Shown in pieces: positions 27,362-37,730 of a DNA stretch of 64,000 nt. The position numbers and the translations under genes are program-made. The notes beneath the pieces are model-generated. The model was not told the origin of the DNA. It saw nothing but the letters and a program-made list of their open reading frames with translations, and made no database searches. Origin of the DNA: an uncultured cyanobacterium (lineage in GTDB: Bacteria > Cyanobacteriota > Cyanobacteriia > CAKZMO01); NCBI GenBank assembly GCA_963719515.1, contig CAVRCJ010000010.1, forward strand, positions 832,001 to 896,000. The letters are read 5' to 3'. Positions within the stretch are counted from its first letter, which is position 1; each line of letters opens with the position of its first letter.

Positions 27362-28600
27362 CTATCGCTGTCGCCGGTCAAGCCGCTCCATGGCCAGCGT
27401 AGCGGTGTTGCCGTGGATGAATAGCGACAGGACGACGGTCAGCGTCACGATATTCCACAGCACATCAATGTTCTCAAAGCTGCCGTTGTTTTGAGCATAG
27501 GCTAAGTAATAGAACGAGCCAAACCCTCGAATTCCCAGAAAGGCGATCGCCCCTCGCTCTAGCTTCGATAGCTTTATCCCCACCAGAGAGAGCAGCGCCG
27601 ACAGCGGCCTTACCAGCAGCATAAACAGCGCCGCAAACAGAACGTTACGCCAGGTCAGCAGGTTTACGTCGGCGGTGGCCACCAGTCCCCCCAGAGCAAT
27701 TAACAGCAGTCCAGCAAAAATCCGCTCTAGCTGCGTAGCAAATTGGTAGGGCTTAGAGTAATAGTCGTGAAACTTCTCGATATTCTGCCGGCTAGAGGCC
27801 GCCGCCGCAAACACCGCTAAGAAGCCGTAGCCGTGCAGCGCTTCCGCCAGCCCGTAGGACAAGAAAATAGCCGAAACAACGAACAGACCCTCGCGGGTGT
27901 CCTCGCGCACCGTCTCATCGGAAACGCGAAAGGCGTAGTGGGCCAGCAGCCAGCCGACGCCAATGCCGACGCCGACGCCCATCACCACCCGGTATACCGC
28001 GTCGTAGGCCAGCCAGTTCAATAGCCAGTCCCCAAACTTACCCTCGTGCTTTGCCACCCCCAGCGCCAGATAGATAAACGGAAACGCTAGGCCATCGTTG
28101 AGTCCGGCCTCGGCGGTTAAGCCAAAGCGCACGGGGCCTTCCCCTCCTTTGTTGGGCGGCCCCACCTGAACGCTGTGGGCCATCACAGGATCCGTTGGCG
28201 CGAGGCAAGCTCCCAGTAAAATTGCATCCGCCAGCGGTAAGCCAAAGATCCAGTTTCCCAGCAATACGGCGGCGATGATGCAGAGCGGCATCGAAATGCA
28301 CAAAAGCCGCAGCGCCGACTGCCAGGTGCGGAGACGAAAGCTGCGGTCGATGGCAAGTCCTGCCCCGGCCAGTGACAAAATTACGATCAGCTCTGTCGCA
28401 TATTCCGCGACGACGCTGTGGGTCTCATTGCGAATGGGGTCAATGAGCGGCAGCTCTACCGACTGGCTAAACAGGAGCGCTGCGAGCAGGAAGTAGAGTA
28501 GCGGCACGTTGATGAAGCGAGCACCCCGCAAGCTGGGCAACCAGGTCAGCCCTAACAGCGCTAGACCAAAGGCAATATATAACGTTATTTTGGGGTCCAT
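27362..28600 (-). CDS. Cation:proton antiporter (CPA1/NhaP-like)
   Basis: LAPTDPV, LTAEAGLNDGLAFP, FLGIRGFGS and many TM segments. Confidence 0.88.
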   Translation of the reverse strand: MDPKITLYIAFGLALLGLTWLPSLRGARFINVPLLYFLLAALLFSQSVELPLIDPIRNETHSVVAEYATELIVILSLAGAGLAIDRSFRLRTWQSALRLLCISMPLCIIAAVLLGNWIFGLPLADAILLGACLAPTDPVMAHSVQVGPPNKGGEGPVRFGLTAEAGLNDGLAFPFIYLALGVAKHEGKFGDWLLNWLAYDAVYRVVMGVGVGIGVGWLLAHYAFRVSDETVREDTREGLFVVSAIFLSYGLAEALHGYGFLAVFAAAASSRQNIEKFHDYYSKPYQFATQLERIFAGLLLIALGGLVATADVNLLTWRNVLFAALFMLLVRPLSALLSLVGIKLSKLERGAIAFLGIRGFGSFYYLAYAQNNGSFENIDVLWNIVTLTVVLSLFIHGNTATLAMERLDRRQR

Positions 28601-28757
28601 AGCGCCAAGAATTGTAGGACAAGCAAGGCCGCATCTTCAACCTGGCCCCTTAAGAGGTTAGAACGTTAGACTCAAGCTTGCTCTATATCATCAGGCTAAG
28701 GTCGCCTGTAAGCACGGTTCTAAAGACGGAGTTACGACAGGTAGAAAGGCTGAACCG

Positions 28758-29492
28758 CTAGAGCGCCCGGCCCAGAAAGGAGATCGCCTCTCCCCAAGCG
28801 ATGTCGGTAGCCACGGAATCATAGCGATAGCCGTCGTCCCGCATGAAGGTGTGGTTGGTCTCATACAGCAGCGTCTCGTGCCGGGTGCCCGCCTTGTCCA
28901 GGGCCTTGAGAATGGCCTCTCGTCCCTCAGAGGGAACATGGGGGTCTAAGGTGCCAAAAATTGTGAGCACCTCTCCTTTGATTTCGCCGACCCGCTCTAG
29001 GGTATCGGCTACCCCACGCCCCAGCTTGCCGCTGTGAATTCCGGTCGGGTAGATGCACACGGCAGCCTTGACCCAACTTTGCAGCGCCGCTCGAAAAGCC
29101 AAATGCCCACCGATGCAAAAGCCAAAGGTGCCTAGCCTATCGACCATCACCCGCTCGTCGCTCGCCAGCCACCCCAACACCGCCCCGGTGTCGGCGTCAT
29201 ACTCGGCGATCGCGGTCCGTCGAGCATCGTCGTTGCCCCGCAGCTTTCCAATGTCAGTCGGCTCAATCACTGCGCCAACGGGCTCTAACCGGTGGAAGAT
29301 TTCCGGGGCCGCCACCACGTAACCGTAGCCTGCAAGACGATTGGCGAGCCGGGTGATGGGGCCCCCTAGCTGATAAATATCTGAATAGAACAAAATTCCG
29401 GGATAGTGCCCTACAGGTTCTGGGGCGGCGACATAAACCCGCATGAGGCTATCGTCTACGGTCAAGCCGACGTTGCTTGTTGTAATCTGCAT
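28758..29492 (-). CDS. Dienelactone hydrolase family protein
   Basis: GFCIGG nucleophile motif, DPHVP and HTFMRD. Confidence 0.9.
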   Translation of the reverse strand: MQITTSNVGLTVDDSLMRVYVAAPEPVGHYPGILFYSDIYQLGGPITRLANRLAGYGYVVAAPEIFHRLEPVGAVIEPTDIGKLRGNDDARRTAIAEYDADTGAVLGWLASDERVMVDRLGTFGFCIGGHLAFRAALQSWVKAAVCIYPTGIHSGKLGRGVADTLERVGEIKGEVLTIFGTLDPHVPSEGREAILKALDKAGTRHETLLYETNHTFMRDDGYRYDSVATDIAWGEAISFLGRAL

Positions 29493-29518
29493 AATGTCCC
29501 CTTAATTCCTTGACCCTC

Positions 29519-29878
29519 ATGACGCTTCATGTCTACGGTATTCCTAACTGCGGCACCTGCAAAAAGGCTATGGCCTGGCTTGAGAGCAGCGACATCCCCT
29601 ATGAGTTTATCAACACTAAAGAACAGCCTCCTGAGCAGGAGGAAATTCGGCAGTGGGTGGCGGACATCGGCTCAAAACCCCTGCGCAATACCTCTGGCCA
29701 AAGCTACCGCGCTTTAGGGGAGACCCGCAGCACCTGGAGCGACGAGCAGTGGGTGGAGGCGTTTTCTCAAGACGTCATGCTGCTAAAGCGCCCGCTGTGG
29801 GTGAGAGACGGAAAGGCGCTGATGGCAGGGTTCCGGGGCAGTGAGGAGAAGACTCGCGAGACGCTGGGGCTAGACTAG
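29519..29878 (+). CDS. ArsC/Spx-family protein
   Basis: YGIPNCGTCKKA, NTSGQSYR and LLKRP. Confidence 0.88.
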   Translation: MTLHVYGIPNCGTCKKAMAWLESSDIPYEFINTKEQPPEQEEIRQWVADIGSKPLRNTSGQSYRALGETRSTWSDEQWVEAFSQDVMLLKRPLWVRDGKALMAGFRGSEEKTRETLGLD

Positions 29879-30017
29879 CTCGTTTGCCAATAGGCTGGCT
29901 GTGCTTTCAGCGACTAAGCTCATTTAAGTTGAGGTCTTGCCCCAACGTCCCGACCCTCAGTCGCAGTATTTAATCGCAATGCTCAATGGCAATATTCAGT
30001 CGTAATGTTCAATCGTA

Positions 30018-30695
30018 ATGTTCAATCGCGCCGTATTTCGGACCGGACTGCTCAGCGTAGGCGTCTGGTGTAGCCTACAGCCTTTGGCGATCGCCAGCTC
30101 ACAATCCCTAGTGGATGAAGTGGTGGACCACCTGACGGGCGTTCTAGATACCACGGAGCAGGCCCGCCGGCACCCCGAGCAGCCTGCAGTACAGATGACG
30201 ACCTGCCGTATTGACGTCGCCGTTGACGACTCTATGACCGGCAGCGCGACGTTCCTTTACCAAGAGCAGGCCCTTGCCGCATCTCTGGCTCAGCCATACC
30301 GGCAGCGCCTGCTGCAGATTGCCCCCCTGCCGGGCCTGATCTCTGGCGGCTTCGTGGAATCAATAAGCTACCGCCCTCTTGAGACAGAGGCCTTAGTCGG
30401 GCTGTGCGATCGCCCCCTCGCCGAGCGATCGCTATCTTTTAGTCAAATCGGTGAAGTCACCTGCCGCGTTTTCCTCACCCCCGTCCCAGAGGGCTTTCGC
30501 GGGGTAACGGCTTCGGAGGGCTGCCCAACTGACGTGCGGGGAGCCGTTCGCGTCACTAACGAAATCCTGCTGCACAACCGGGGGATGGACACTTGGGACC
30601 GAGGATTTGACGCGGCAGGGCAGCAGGTATGGGGGGCCACCACCGACCCCTACCAATTTCGCCGGCAAAATTCTGATAGTGATGAGGAGCTATAG
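30018..30695 (+). CDS. CpcT/CpeT-family bilin lyase-like protein
   Basis: LYQEQA, PYRQRL and WDRGFD...QVWG...PYQF. Confidence 0.75.
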   Translation: MFNRAVFRTGLLSVGVWCSLQPLAIASSQSLVDEVVDHLTGVLDTTEQARRHPEQPAVQMTTCRIDVAVDDSMTGSATFLYQEQALAASLAQPYRQRLLQIAPLPGLISGGFVESISYRPLETEALVGLCDRPLAERSLSFSQIGEVTCRVFLTPVPEGFRGVTASEGCPTDVRGAVRVTNEILLHNRGMDTWDRGFDAAGQQVWGATTDPYQFRRQNSDSDEEL

Positions 30696-31373
30696 ATGCT
30701 AGTCAACGTCTCGGACACCAAGACCCAGGGCCTCAGGCTGTTCTTAGACACCGCCGACGCCGAGCAGTGGGCGACTTGGCTTTCCACTGGCCTCTTTTAT
30801 GGCGTGACAACAAATCCGCTGCTGCTGCAGCGGGCAAATTTGGACTGCTCTATTGAGCAGCTCGGACTGCTCGTCGACAAAGCGCTGTCCTATGGGGTAC
30901 GCGAAATTCACCTGCAAACCTGGGGCAGCGCCATGGCGGAAACGGGTCTGGCGCTGGCAAGGCTAAACGATCGCGTCGTGGTAAAGGTGCCGCTGACCCA
31001 AACCGGCGTGGAGGCTGCCGCTAAGCTCTCTAAAGACAGCCCCATTACGCTGACTGCGGCCTACTATGCCCATCAGGCTCTCGTAGGAGCAGCCCTAGGC
31101 GCTGCCTACGTTGCCCCCTATCTAGGTCGCCTCACCGACGCAGGCCAAGATGGACGCGAGATAGTCGCAGCAATGCAGCGATCGCTCACGGCGCTCAACA
31201 GCGATACCCGGCTGCTCGTCGCCAGCATTCGGCAGGTGGCAGATCTGACGGTACTCTCGCAGCAGGGGCTCAATACGTTCACAATTTCTCCAGCGATCGC
31301 TCAAGCGCTGTTTTCAGTGCCCCTGACCGAGAAGGCCGCCGCCGATTTTGAGGCCGCTGCTGACGCCAGCTAG
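30696..31373 (+). CDS. Transaldolase / fructose-6-phosphate aldolase family protein
   Basis: LFLDTA, GVTTNP, VVVKVP, YVAPYLGR and LLVASIR. Confidence 0.88.
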   Translation: MLVNVSDTKTQGLRLFLDTADAEQWATWLSTGLFYGVTTNPLLLQRANLDCSIEQLGLLVDKALSYGVREIHLQTWGSAMAETGLALARLNDRVVVKVPLTQTGVEAAAKLSKDSPITLTAAYYAHQALVGAALGAAYVAPYLGRLTDAGQDGREIVAAMQRSLTALNSDTRLLVASIRQVADLTVLSQQGLNTFTISPAIAQALFSVPLTEKAAADFEAAADAS

Positions 31374-31382
31374 AGTTTGTTT

Positions 31383-31619
31383 CTAGACTTTGTTTAGGTT
31401 GATGCCGGCTTCGCGGGCCATAGCCTCGATGCCGCGATTCTTGAGGGTTTTAATGGCTTTGGTCGATAGGCGCAGCTTCACCCAGCGATTGCCTTGAGGC
31501 CACCAAACGCGCTTGCTCTGCAGGTTGACGCCCTGCAGCTTTTTTGTGCGACGGTGGGAGTGGGATACAGCAAAGGCATTGTTTGCCTTTTTCCCCGTGA
31601 GTGTACATCTACGAGCCAT
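31383..31619 (-). CDS. rpmB: 50S ribosomal protein L28
   Basis: [29 protein letters not shown]. Confidence 0.97.
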   Translation of the reverse strand: MARRCTLTGKKANNAFAVSHSHRRTKKLQGVNLQSKRVWWPQGNRWVKLRLSTKAIKTLKNRGIEAMAREAGINLNKV

Positions 31620-31893
31620 GGCGGTCTCCGGTTCAACAAAACAGCACGGTCTAAAATTATAGACGATTCTTGTAGCAGATTGGTGTTAGAAATGCGCTGC
31701 CCTAACCGACTCTCGACTTGAGAGGCTAGCTGGTATTGGACGGTGGGTCTAGCTCCAAGCCTTCAATTGTGAGAGTAAGCAGACAGTTTTAACTATCGAA
31801 TTGCACGTAGTAAGTTGAGAGCCCGTAAACCATTGAAAAGCGCTTACGGGTAGCAAGCGCTCTCAGTATATCTATGGGAGCTTCTAGGAAAGG

Positions 31894-33240
31894 CTATGTC
31901 CTAGCGACCGAACAGCAAACTCGAAAACCAATAGTGGGATCCCGGAGGTCGGCCCCGCGCTTGCCACGGCACGCAGAGCGGCAAGGCCTAGGAATGAGAT
32001 CAAGCGAACCGCCGCGTATTACACGCCTATGCTCATGCTCGTTCAGCCAAGCCGAACCGTCCGCAGGGGCATTGTTGTAATTTTTGTGCCAGGTATCTTG
32101 ACACCACTCCCACAAGTTTCCGTGCATGTCATGGAGTCCGAAGGTATTAGGAGGATATTTGCCTACATCAGTCGTTTCTCTTGCTCCAAAACCATAAGGT
32201 GCAAGTCGACTGTTGATCGACTGGCCAAAGTAATAAGGCGTCTGTGTCCCAGCACGGCAGGCATATTCCCATTCGGCCTCGCTCGGCAGTCGATAAGGTG
32301 TCTTGGCGTACTCGCTAAGCCGAGCACAAAACTCTTGAGCCTCTCTCCACGAAATCTGCTCAACAGGATAAAGAGCCTCTTTGGAGTAAGAGGGTTCAGC
32401 CTCTAATTCTTGCTTCACCTTCGGTAGTGCAGCAACAGCCCGCCACTGCATCTGAGTTACCTGGTATTTCCCCATCCAGAAAGCCGAAATATTCACCTCA
32501 TGCAGAGGGCCCTCGGAGTCTAATCGTTTCTCTTCATTTTCTGAGCTACCCATAGAAAATACGCCGCCCGGTATTCTCACCATGTCTAGAGTGACATCGT
32601 CGCTCAAATCCTCTCGGTAGTATTCCGCCTGACCTAGTCGTCGCTCTATCTCTACACCCTCTGCGTTGACCACGATAATGTCGAAGGTAAACCTCGGATG
32701 AGATAGCTCTGGCTGCACTGTAGGCTGAGCGATAGGTATTTCAGGAATTGCAGGCACAGGCTGTGTCGATTCCTCTAGCAGGCCTTTAATGCCCTTTATC
32801 AAACGCGAGACATCTGTATGAAACCTTGGGTCGTAACCTACCCGCGTCCCATTGCGTCGGGCCAATGCTTGCAGTGATTCTGGCAACTCAAATCGATCTG
32901 GGATCATTGCCCCTTCTAGTAAAACTGGAATAACTGATATGTCTTGTCTAAGTGCAGACTCTATTTCAATACGTACGAAATCGTCAGGGTTGTCTAGACG
33001 CCGTTTCCCACTAGAATCTGTTACTGTCAACCATGTCTTACCAATGATGACAAGCAACACCTGACAACGACTTACCGCACGGTCTAGGAACTCTGCAAAG
33101 TCAACACCAAGAGGAATGCTGTCTATGTCTTTGAAAACGTGCTCTTGACCAAATTCAGTCACTAAGCGATCGTATATCCGACCAGTATCAGAAATGCTAT
33201 CACTGCGGCGATAGCTGATGAAGATTGATCCACCAGGCAT
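31894..33240 (-). CDS. TIR plus FGE-sulfatase (CLec-fold) domain protein
   Basis: N-terminal IFISYRRSDS...VRIEIESAL; C-terminal MVRIPGG.FSMGS, RLPSEAEWEYACRAG, FGLHDMHGNLWEWC and RGGS...GFRV. Confidence 0.9.
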   Translation of the reverse strand: MPGGSIFISYRRSDSISDTGRIYDRLVTEFGQEHVFKDIDSIPLGVDFAEFLDRAVSRCQVLLVIIGKTWLTVTDSSGKRRLDNPDDFVRIEIESALRQDISVIPVLLEGAMIPDRFELPESLQALARRNGTRVGYDPRFHTDVSRLIKGIKGLLEESTQPVPAIPEIPIAQPTVQPELSHPRFTFDIIVVNAEGVEIERRLGQAEYYREDLSDDVTLDMVRIPGGVFSMGSSENEEKRLDSEGPLHEVNISAFWMGKYQVTQMQWRAVAALPKVKQELEAEPSYSKEALYPVEQISWREAQEFCARLSEYAKTPYRLPSEAEWEYACRAGTQTPYYFGQSINSRLAPYGFGARETTDVGKYPPNTFGLHDMHGNLWEWCQDTWHKNYNNAPADGSAWLNEHEHRRVIRGGSLDLIPRPCRSACRGKRGADLRDPTIGFRVCCSVART

Positions 33241-33449
33241 AATTTGTCGTTAATCTAGTTTGGGCTAGCGGAGAGACTACGCTCTTGACAAAAGGCAGTC
33301 ACTTGCCATGTCCATTTAAGCCGCTTAGCAAAGTCTTATCCAAGTCAGGGAGCTCAGGCTGCAGGGGTCTGACTAAAGCCCTCAGCGGTAGGGTAGATGC
33401 AACAGAAATGTTACTCGTCGACTGCCATCCACCTCTTTACTCAGCTTCT

Positions 33450-34373
33450 TTAAACGCTGCCGTCCTGCCTCACCCGAGCGTATTCTTCATACACGCCCTG
33501 GACATTGTACCAATTCAAAAATACCCGCGCCACCTCTAGCGCCAGCTGAGGCTTTCCCTGGTCAATCAGCCACTGCAGCAGCGGGGCCATCGTTCGCTCA
33601 TTCAGCCGCCCGCCCAAAGACAGCCCGCCCCACAAAATTCGGTGCAGCCAGGTCATCTGAATCATGAGCCGCACGGTCCAGGAGGGATGCTTTTGATAAA
33701 ACAGCACCCCCATGCGTCCCCGCTGCATTTCTTTATCGATCAGGTTCGGAACCTGGTCCAAGGCAAAGGGGGGATGCCAGTGATAGCCCACTGCGTCGGG
33801 ACACTTAATCAGCTTCAGCCCTAGCTGTTTCAGCCGCACCCCTAGCTCTAAATCCTCCCAGCCGTAAAGCTGAAAGCGGGTGTCGAACAGTCCGGCCTTC
33901 TCTAGCCAATGGCGGGCGATCGCCACGTTGCCGGTGGCGAAGTAGGCGGCGGAGAAATCGGTAACTTTGTAGGGTTCTGCGGTGGGGTTTTCGAAGTTGC
34001 AGGTGTTGATCACGCGGCCATAGGTAAAGGCGCAGTCGTCAGGAGCTAGGGCGGTCGCGTGAGCCTCTAGAAATACAGGAGTGACGACGAGATCGCTATC
34101 GATAAAGATAATGGTGTCGCCCTTGGACTGCTCCACGCCGAGGTTGCGGGCGGCGGCGGGGCCGAGGTGAGCCTGTTTAAGGAGACGAACGTGGGGGAGA
34201 GCGATATGGGTGAGCCAGTCTACAGTGCCGTCGGTGGAGCCATCGTCTACTACCACGACCTCATAGCCGTCAATGGGGACGCCCGCGCTCCAAACCTGTC
34301 CTTCGAGAGCCAGCAGGCATTTTTCGAGGATGGGTTTGCGGTTGTAGGTGGGAATGACGACGCTAAAAAACAC
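33450..34373 (-). CDS. Glycosyltransferase family 2
   Basis: SVVIPTYNR, VVDDGSTDGT, FIDSD and GWEDLELG. Confidence 0.9.
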   Translation of the reverse strand: MFFSVVIPTYNRKPILEKCLLALEGQVWSAGVPIDGYEVVVVDDGSTDGTVDWLTHIALPHVRLLKQAHLGPAAARNLGVEQSKGDTIIFIDSDLVVTPVFLEAHATALAPDDCAFTYGRVINTCNFENPTAEPYKVTDFSAAYFATGNVAIARHWLEKAGLFDTRFQLYGWEDLELGVRLKQLGLKLIKCPDAVGYHWHPPFALDQVPNLIDKEMQRGRMGVLFYQKHPSWTVRLMIQMTWLHRILWGGLSLGGRLNERTMAPLLQWLIDQGKPQLALEVARVFLNWYNVQGVYEEYARVRQDGSV

Positions 34374-34424
34374 GGGCGATCGCTACAGGACTAGTGAAGT
34401 GTAGGAACACAGCATGCCATATCC

Positions 34425-35033
34425 CTACGCTTTCCAATCATATTTCATGTATGTGGCCGTCTCCTGTGCCGCATCTTGACCCAGCAGCTTCGCCACCAAA
34501 TAAAACGACGCGTCGAGGCCTGCCGAGATGCCCCCGGAAAAGACGATCTTGCCGTTGTCAACCCAGCGATCGCCCTCGCGAACGTCGACATCGGGGGCGG
34601 CCTGACGAAGATCCTCAAAAGCCCCGTGGTGGGTGGTGGCCGCCCCATTTACAAGTCCCGCTTTAGCCAAAATCAGCGCACCGGTACAGACCGACAGCAC
34701 CTGCTCGGTTTTTGGGTAGCGATCGTTGATCCAGTCTAGAAGCGGCTGATTGAGCATTTCCCGGCGGGTGCCGTAGCCTGTGCCATCAGGGTGACGACCG
34801 CCACCGCCGGGGACGACGAGAATGTCGGGCTGCGGGCAGGTCTCCAGGGTGTAGCTTGGGTTGATGCTCATGGCATTTCTAGCGGCGATGGGCGTCTTTT
34901 CGGCAACGGTGTAGACGTTGAACGGATCGGAGCCGTCGCGCCTGCCGGTGACGGAGAAGACCTCAAAAGGGCCGCAAAAGTCTAGAACTTCGACATCGTC
35001 AAAAACAAGAATGGCTACGTTGCGCTGTTTCAT
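34425..35033 (-). CDS. DJ-1/PfpI family protein
   Basis: EVLDFCGPFEVF, ILVVPGG, SVCTGA and SGGISAGLD. Confidence 0.9.
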   Translation of the reverse strand: MKQRNVAILVFDDVEVLDFCGPFEVFSVTGRRDGSDPFNVYTVAEKTPIAARNAMSINPSYTLETCPQPDILVVPGGGGRHPDGTGYGTRREMLNQPLLDWINDRYPKTEQVLSVCTGALILAKAGLVNGAATTHHGAFEDLRQAAPDVDVREGDRWVDNGKIVFSGGISAGLDASFYLVAKLLGQDAAQETATYMKYDWKA

Positions 35034-35140
35034 AGGGTTTGACTTTCAACCAGTGTTGATTCTCAGTCAATAGCAGGAGCCTTGACTGTAGTGACTTCCT
35101 GAATGCATCTATGATATGTGAACAACGTTGGACCCGATCA

Positions 35141-35911
35141 CTACCAGGGCAGGCGGCTACCGTCCCAGGAGAAAAACTCCCCGCTGTCCTCCCGCTCTAG
35201 GCCACGAATCACCTCGAGCAATAGCCCCACCGTCTTCTCCACCGAAAACAGCTTCCCCTCTGGTACGTTGCGCTGAAACGGCTTCGACAGCTGCGTATCG
35301 GTAGTGCCGGGGTGCAGCGCCACCAAAATCGTTTGGGGACTGCGGCGACCGTATTCAATTGCTGCGGTGCGAATCAGCATGTTCAGCGCCGCCTTAGAGG
35401 CCCGGTAGCCATACCACCCGCCTAAGTGATTGTCGCCAATGCTGCCCACCTTGGCGGAAATCGTGGCCACCACCGAGCGATCGCCGTGGCGCAGCAGAGG
35501 CTGCAGGTGCTTAATCAGCAAAATGGCGCTGATGCTGTTGACCTGGAAGGAACGGGTGAGGTTCTCCAGGTCAACTTGGCGTAGGCTCTTCTCAGGCTGC
35601 TGCGTGTCGCTGTGCAGCATGCCGACGCAGTTGACGACCAGATGCAGCTTCGGCGTGGCGGCGCTAATGGCGGCCAGCCCTTTAGCGACCTGCCCTTCAT
35701 CCGTCAAGTCCATCTGTACTGCCGTGAGGCGGTGAGGATGCTGGGCCTGAAGAGCCAACAATTCTGAGGCCGTTTCGGCGCGGCGGTAGGTGGCGTATAG
35801 CGAGGTAACAGTTTCATCCTGTAGCATCGCCCTAACAAACCCCAGCCCAATGCCCTGACTTGCCCCTACCACCAGCGCGTGCGCAGTCTCGACCCCTTGA
35901 ATAATTCCCAT
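35141..35911 (-). CDS. SDR family oxidoreductase (CsgA/C-factor-like)
   Basis: GASQGIG, SAKVGSIGDN.LGGWYGYRASKAALN and LHPGTTDT. Confidence 0.88.
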   Translation of the reverse strand: MGIIQGVETAHALVVGASQGIGLGFVRAMLQDETVTSLYATYRRAETASELLALQAQHPHRLTAVQMDLTDEGQVAKGLAAISAATPKLHLVVNCVGMLHSDTQQPEKSLRQVDLENLTRSFQVNSISAILLIKHLQPLLRHGDRSVVATISAKVGSIGDNHLGGWYGYRASKAALNMLIRTAAIEYGRRSPQTILVALHPGTTDTQLSKPFQRNVPEGKLFSVEKTVGLLLEVIRGLEREDSGEFFSWDGSRLPW

Positions 35912-36015
35912 CAGCAATTGGCGAAACGATTGACTGGCGATAGTACTCCCCTTAGTGTAGACATATTACTGTAGACATTAAGAGACTCTCAGGGCTCCAC
36001 GCCTCAAGCATCCTG

Positions 36016-36336
36016 ATGGCCGACCCCGACCACTGCACCGAACTCACAGTTCACTTTCTAGACGGCCACAACGAGTCTTACACCGTCTACGATGCGACAG
36101 AAAATGGGCGCTTTGTGGGGATTCAGTCGCGGCTTGAGGCCATGCTCGAAAAGCGCTGGTGGGTGCTCCACCTGCAGGACCACACGGTTCTCCTCAATCT
36201 CGACAATGTGACTAAGATTGAGGTTAGACCCGGCGTCCCGCAGCTTCAGGGCGACGCCGTGCTAGAAAATGTCGACCGCATGTCGGCGCTGCGGCGAAGT
36301 CGCAGCATAATGTCTGGCCTAACCGACGAGGATTAA
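36016..36336 (+). CDS. Hypothetical protein
   Basis: 106-aa ORF with typical codon bias, co-oriented with and adjacent to the next gene. Confidence 0.65.
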   Translation: MADPDHCTELTVHFLDGHNESYTVYDATENGRFVGIQSRLEAMLEKRWWVLHLQDHTVLLNLDNVTKIEVRPGVPQLQGDAVLENVDRMSALRRSRSIMSGLTDED

Positions 36337-36340
36337 CCAA

Positions 36341-37303
36341 ATGTCCCCTGCCCCTACTGTCAGCCTTCTACGAGCGACTCGCTACGACCGCGACCTAGCG
36401 GCCAACCTCACCGCGCTGCTAGAGCCTTTGGGCGGCATGGCGGCCTTCGTCAAGCCAGGCGATCGCGTGCTGCTAAAGCCCAACCTGCTCACGGGAGCCC
36501 GTTCCACCCAGGAATGCACCACCCGCCCCGAAATTGTCGCCGCCGTGGGCCAACTGGTAATTGACGCCGGAGGCAAGCCTTTCCTGGGCGACAGCCCCGC
36601 CTTTGGCAGCGCTAGGGGCGTGGCCAAGGCCAACGGCTATCTGCCTATGCTAGAGCGTCTGGGCATCCCGGTGGTGGAGTTCAGCGGCCAGCGCTGCGGC
36701 ACAGGCAGCGACGAGTTTGGCCACCTGCGGCTAAGCAAGCAGGCCATGGGGGCCGATGTGGTGATCAACCTGCCTAAGGTAAAGTCCCACAGCCAGCTGA
36801 CCCTGACGCTGGGGGTGAAAAACCTGTTCGGCTGCGTCCCCGGCAAGATGAAGGCCTGGTGGCACCTAGAGGCAGGGAAGGACAAGCAGCGGTTTGCCCG
36901 CATGCTGGTGGAAACGGCGAAGGCGATCGCCCCTGACCTCACCATTGCCGACGGCATCGTGGGCCACGAGGGCAACGGACCTAGCGGCGGCACCCCTCGG
37001 GCGTTGGGAGTGCTGGCGGCGTCACGGAATCCTTTTGCTCTAGATCGGGCCTTGGTAGATGTGCTGCAGGTAGACCCAGAGGCCGTGCCAACAATTGTGG
37101 CGTCGCGAGCCCTGGGGCTATGCCCAGAGCTAGAAGAGATTGAGTTTCCCCTGGCGACCTCAGCGGAACTGCAGATTGACGGCTGGCAGCTACCTGAGCG
37201 CCTAGTGCCCATCGATTTTGGGCTACCTCGGGTCATGCGATCGACGATCAAACATCTGTACATTCGCTTCATCCGTGAGCCTATCAATGCCTACGGACGC
37301 TAG
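36341..37303 (+). CDS. DUF362 family protein
   Basis: VLLKPNLL, INLPKVKSH, TLGVKNLFG and EGNGP. Confidence 0.85.
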   Translation: MSPAPTVSLLRATRYDRDLAANLTALLEPLGGMAAFVKPGDRVLLKPNLLTGARSTQECTTRPEIVAAVGQLVIDAGGKPFLGDSPAFGSARGVAKANGYLPMLERLGIPVVEFSGQRCGTGSDEFGHLRLSKQAMGADVVINLPKVKSHSQLTLTLGVKNLFGCVPGKMKAWWHLEAGKDKQRFARMLVETAKAIAPDLTIADGIVGHEGNGPSGGTPRALGVLAASRNPFALDRALVDVLQVDPEAVPTIVASRALGLCPELEEIEFPLATSAELQIDGWQLPERLVPIDFGLPRVMRSTIKHLYIRFIREPINAYGR

Positions 37304-37730
37304 TTCTTGGGTCGGCAATCCCATGAGACAGGTATAGCTTTGAGCACAGCCGCAATAGAACGCGAGCGGACCTAGCGCGAGCGGTAGACGTTGGGTTACG
37401 CTAGCGCTCCAACCCAACCTACAGAGCTCCAATCCAACCTCCGGGACTCCAAACCTACCGTTTCAACTCCCAATAGACACCGCTATATGCAGGGGGCCGC
37501 TGGGGGAGGCATCCCGTCCCCCAGCAAAGGGGGTTTGGGGGCCAAGCCCCCGAGCAGCCGGTTCGTAATCCAAGTCGAACCCAGGCCACCATGTCATAGC
37601 AGTAACCCCCCCCACAACTTCACACGGCGATCGCCCCAAAATAAATCCTCCAATCTAGCGTTGCTCCAATAGGACATACTTTCCAGCACCGTGGGATAAG
37701 CTAGAAAAAAAAGTATCGAGCAATAAAGAC

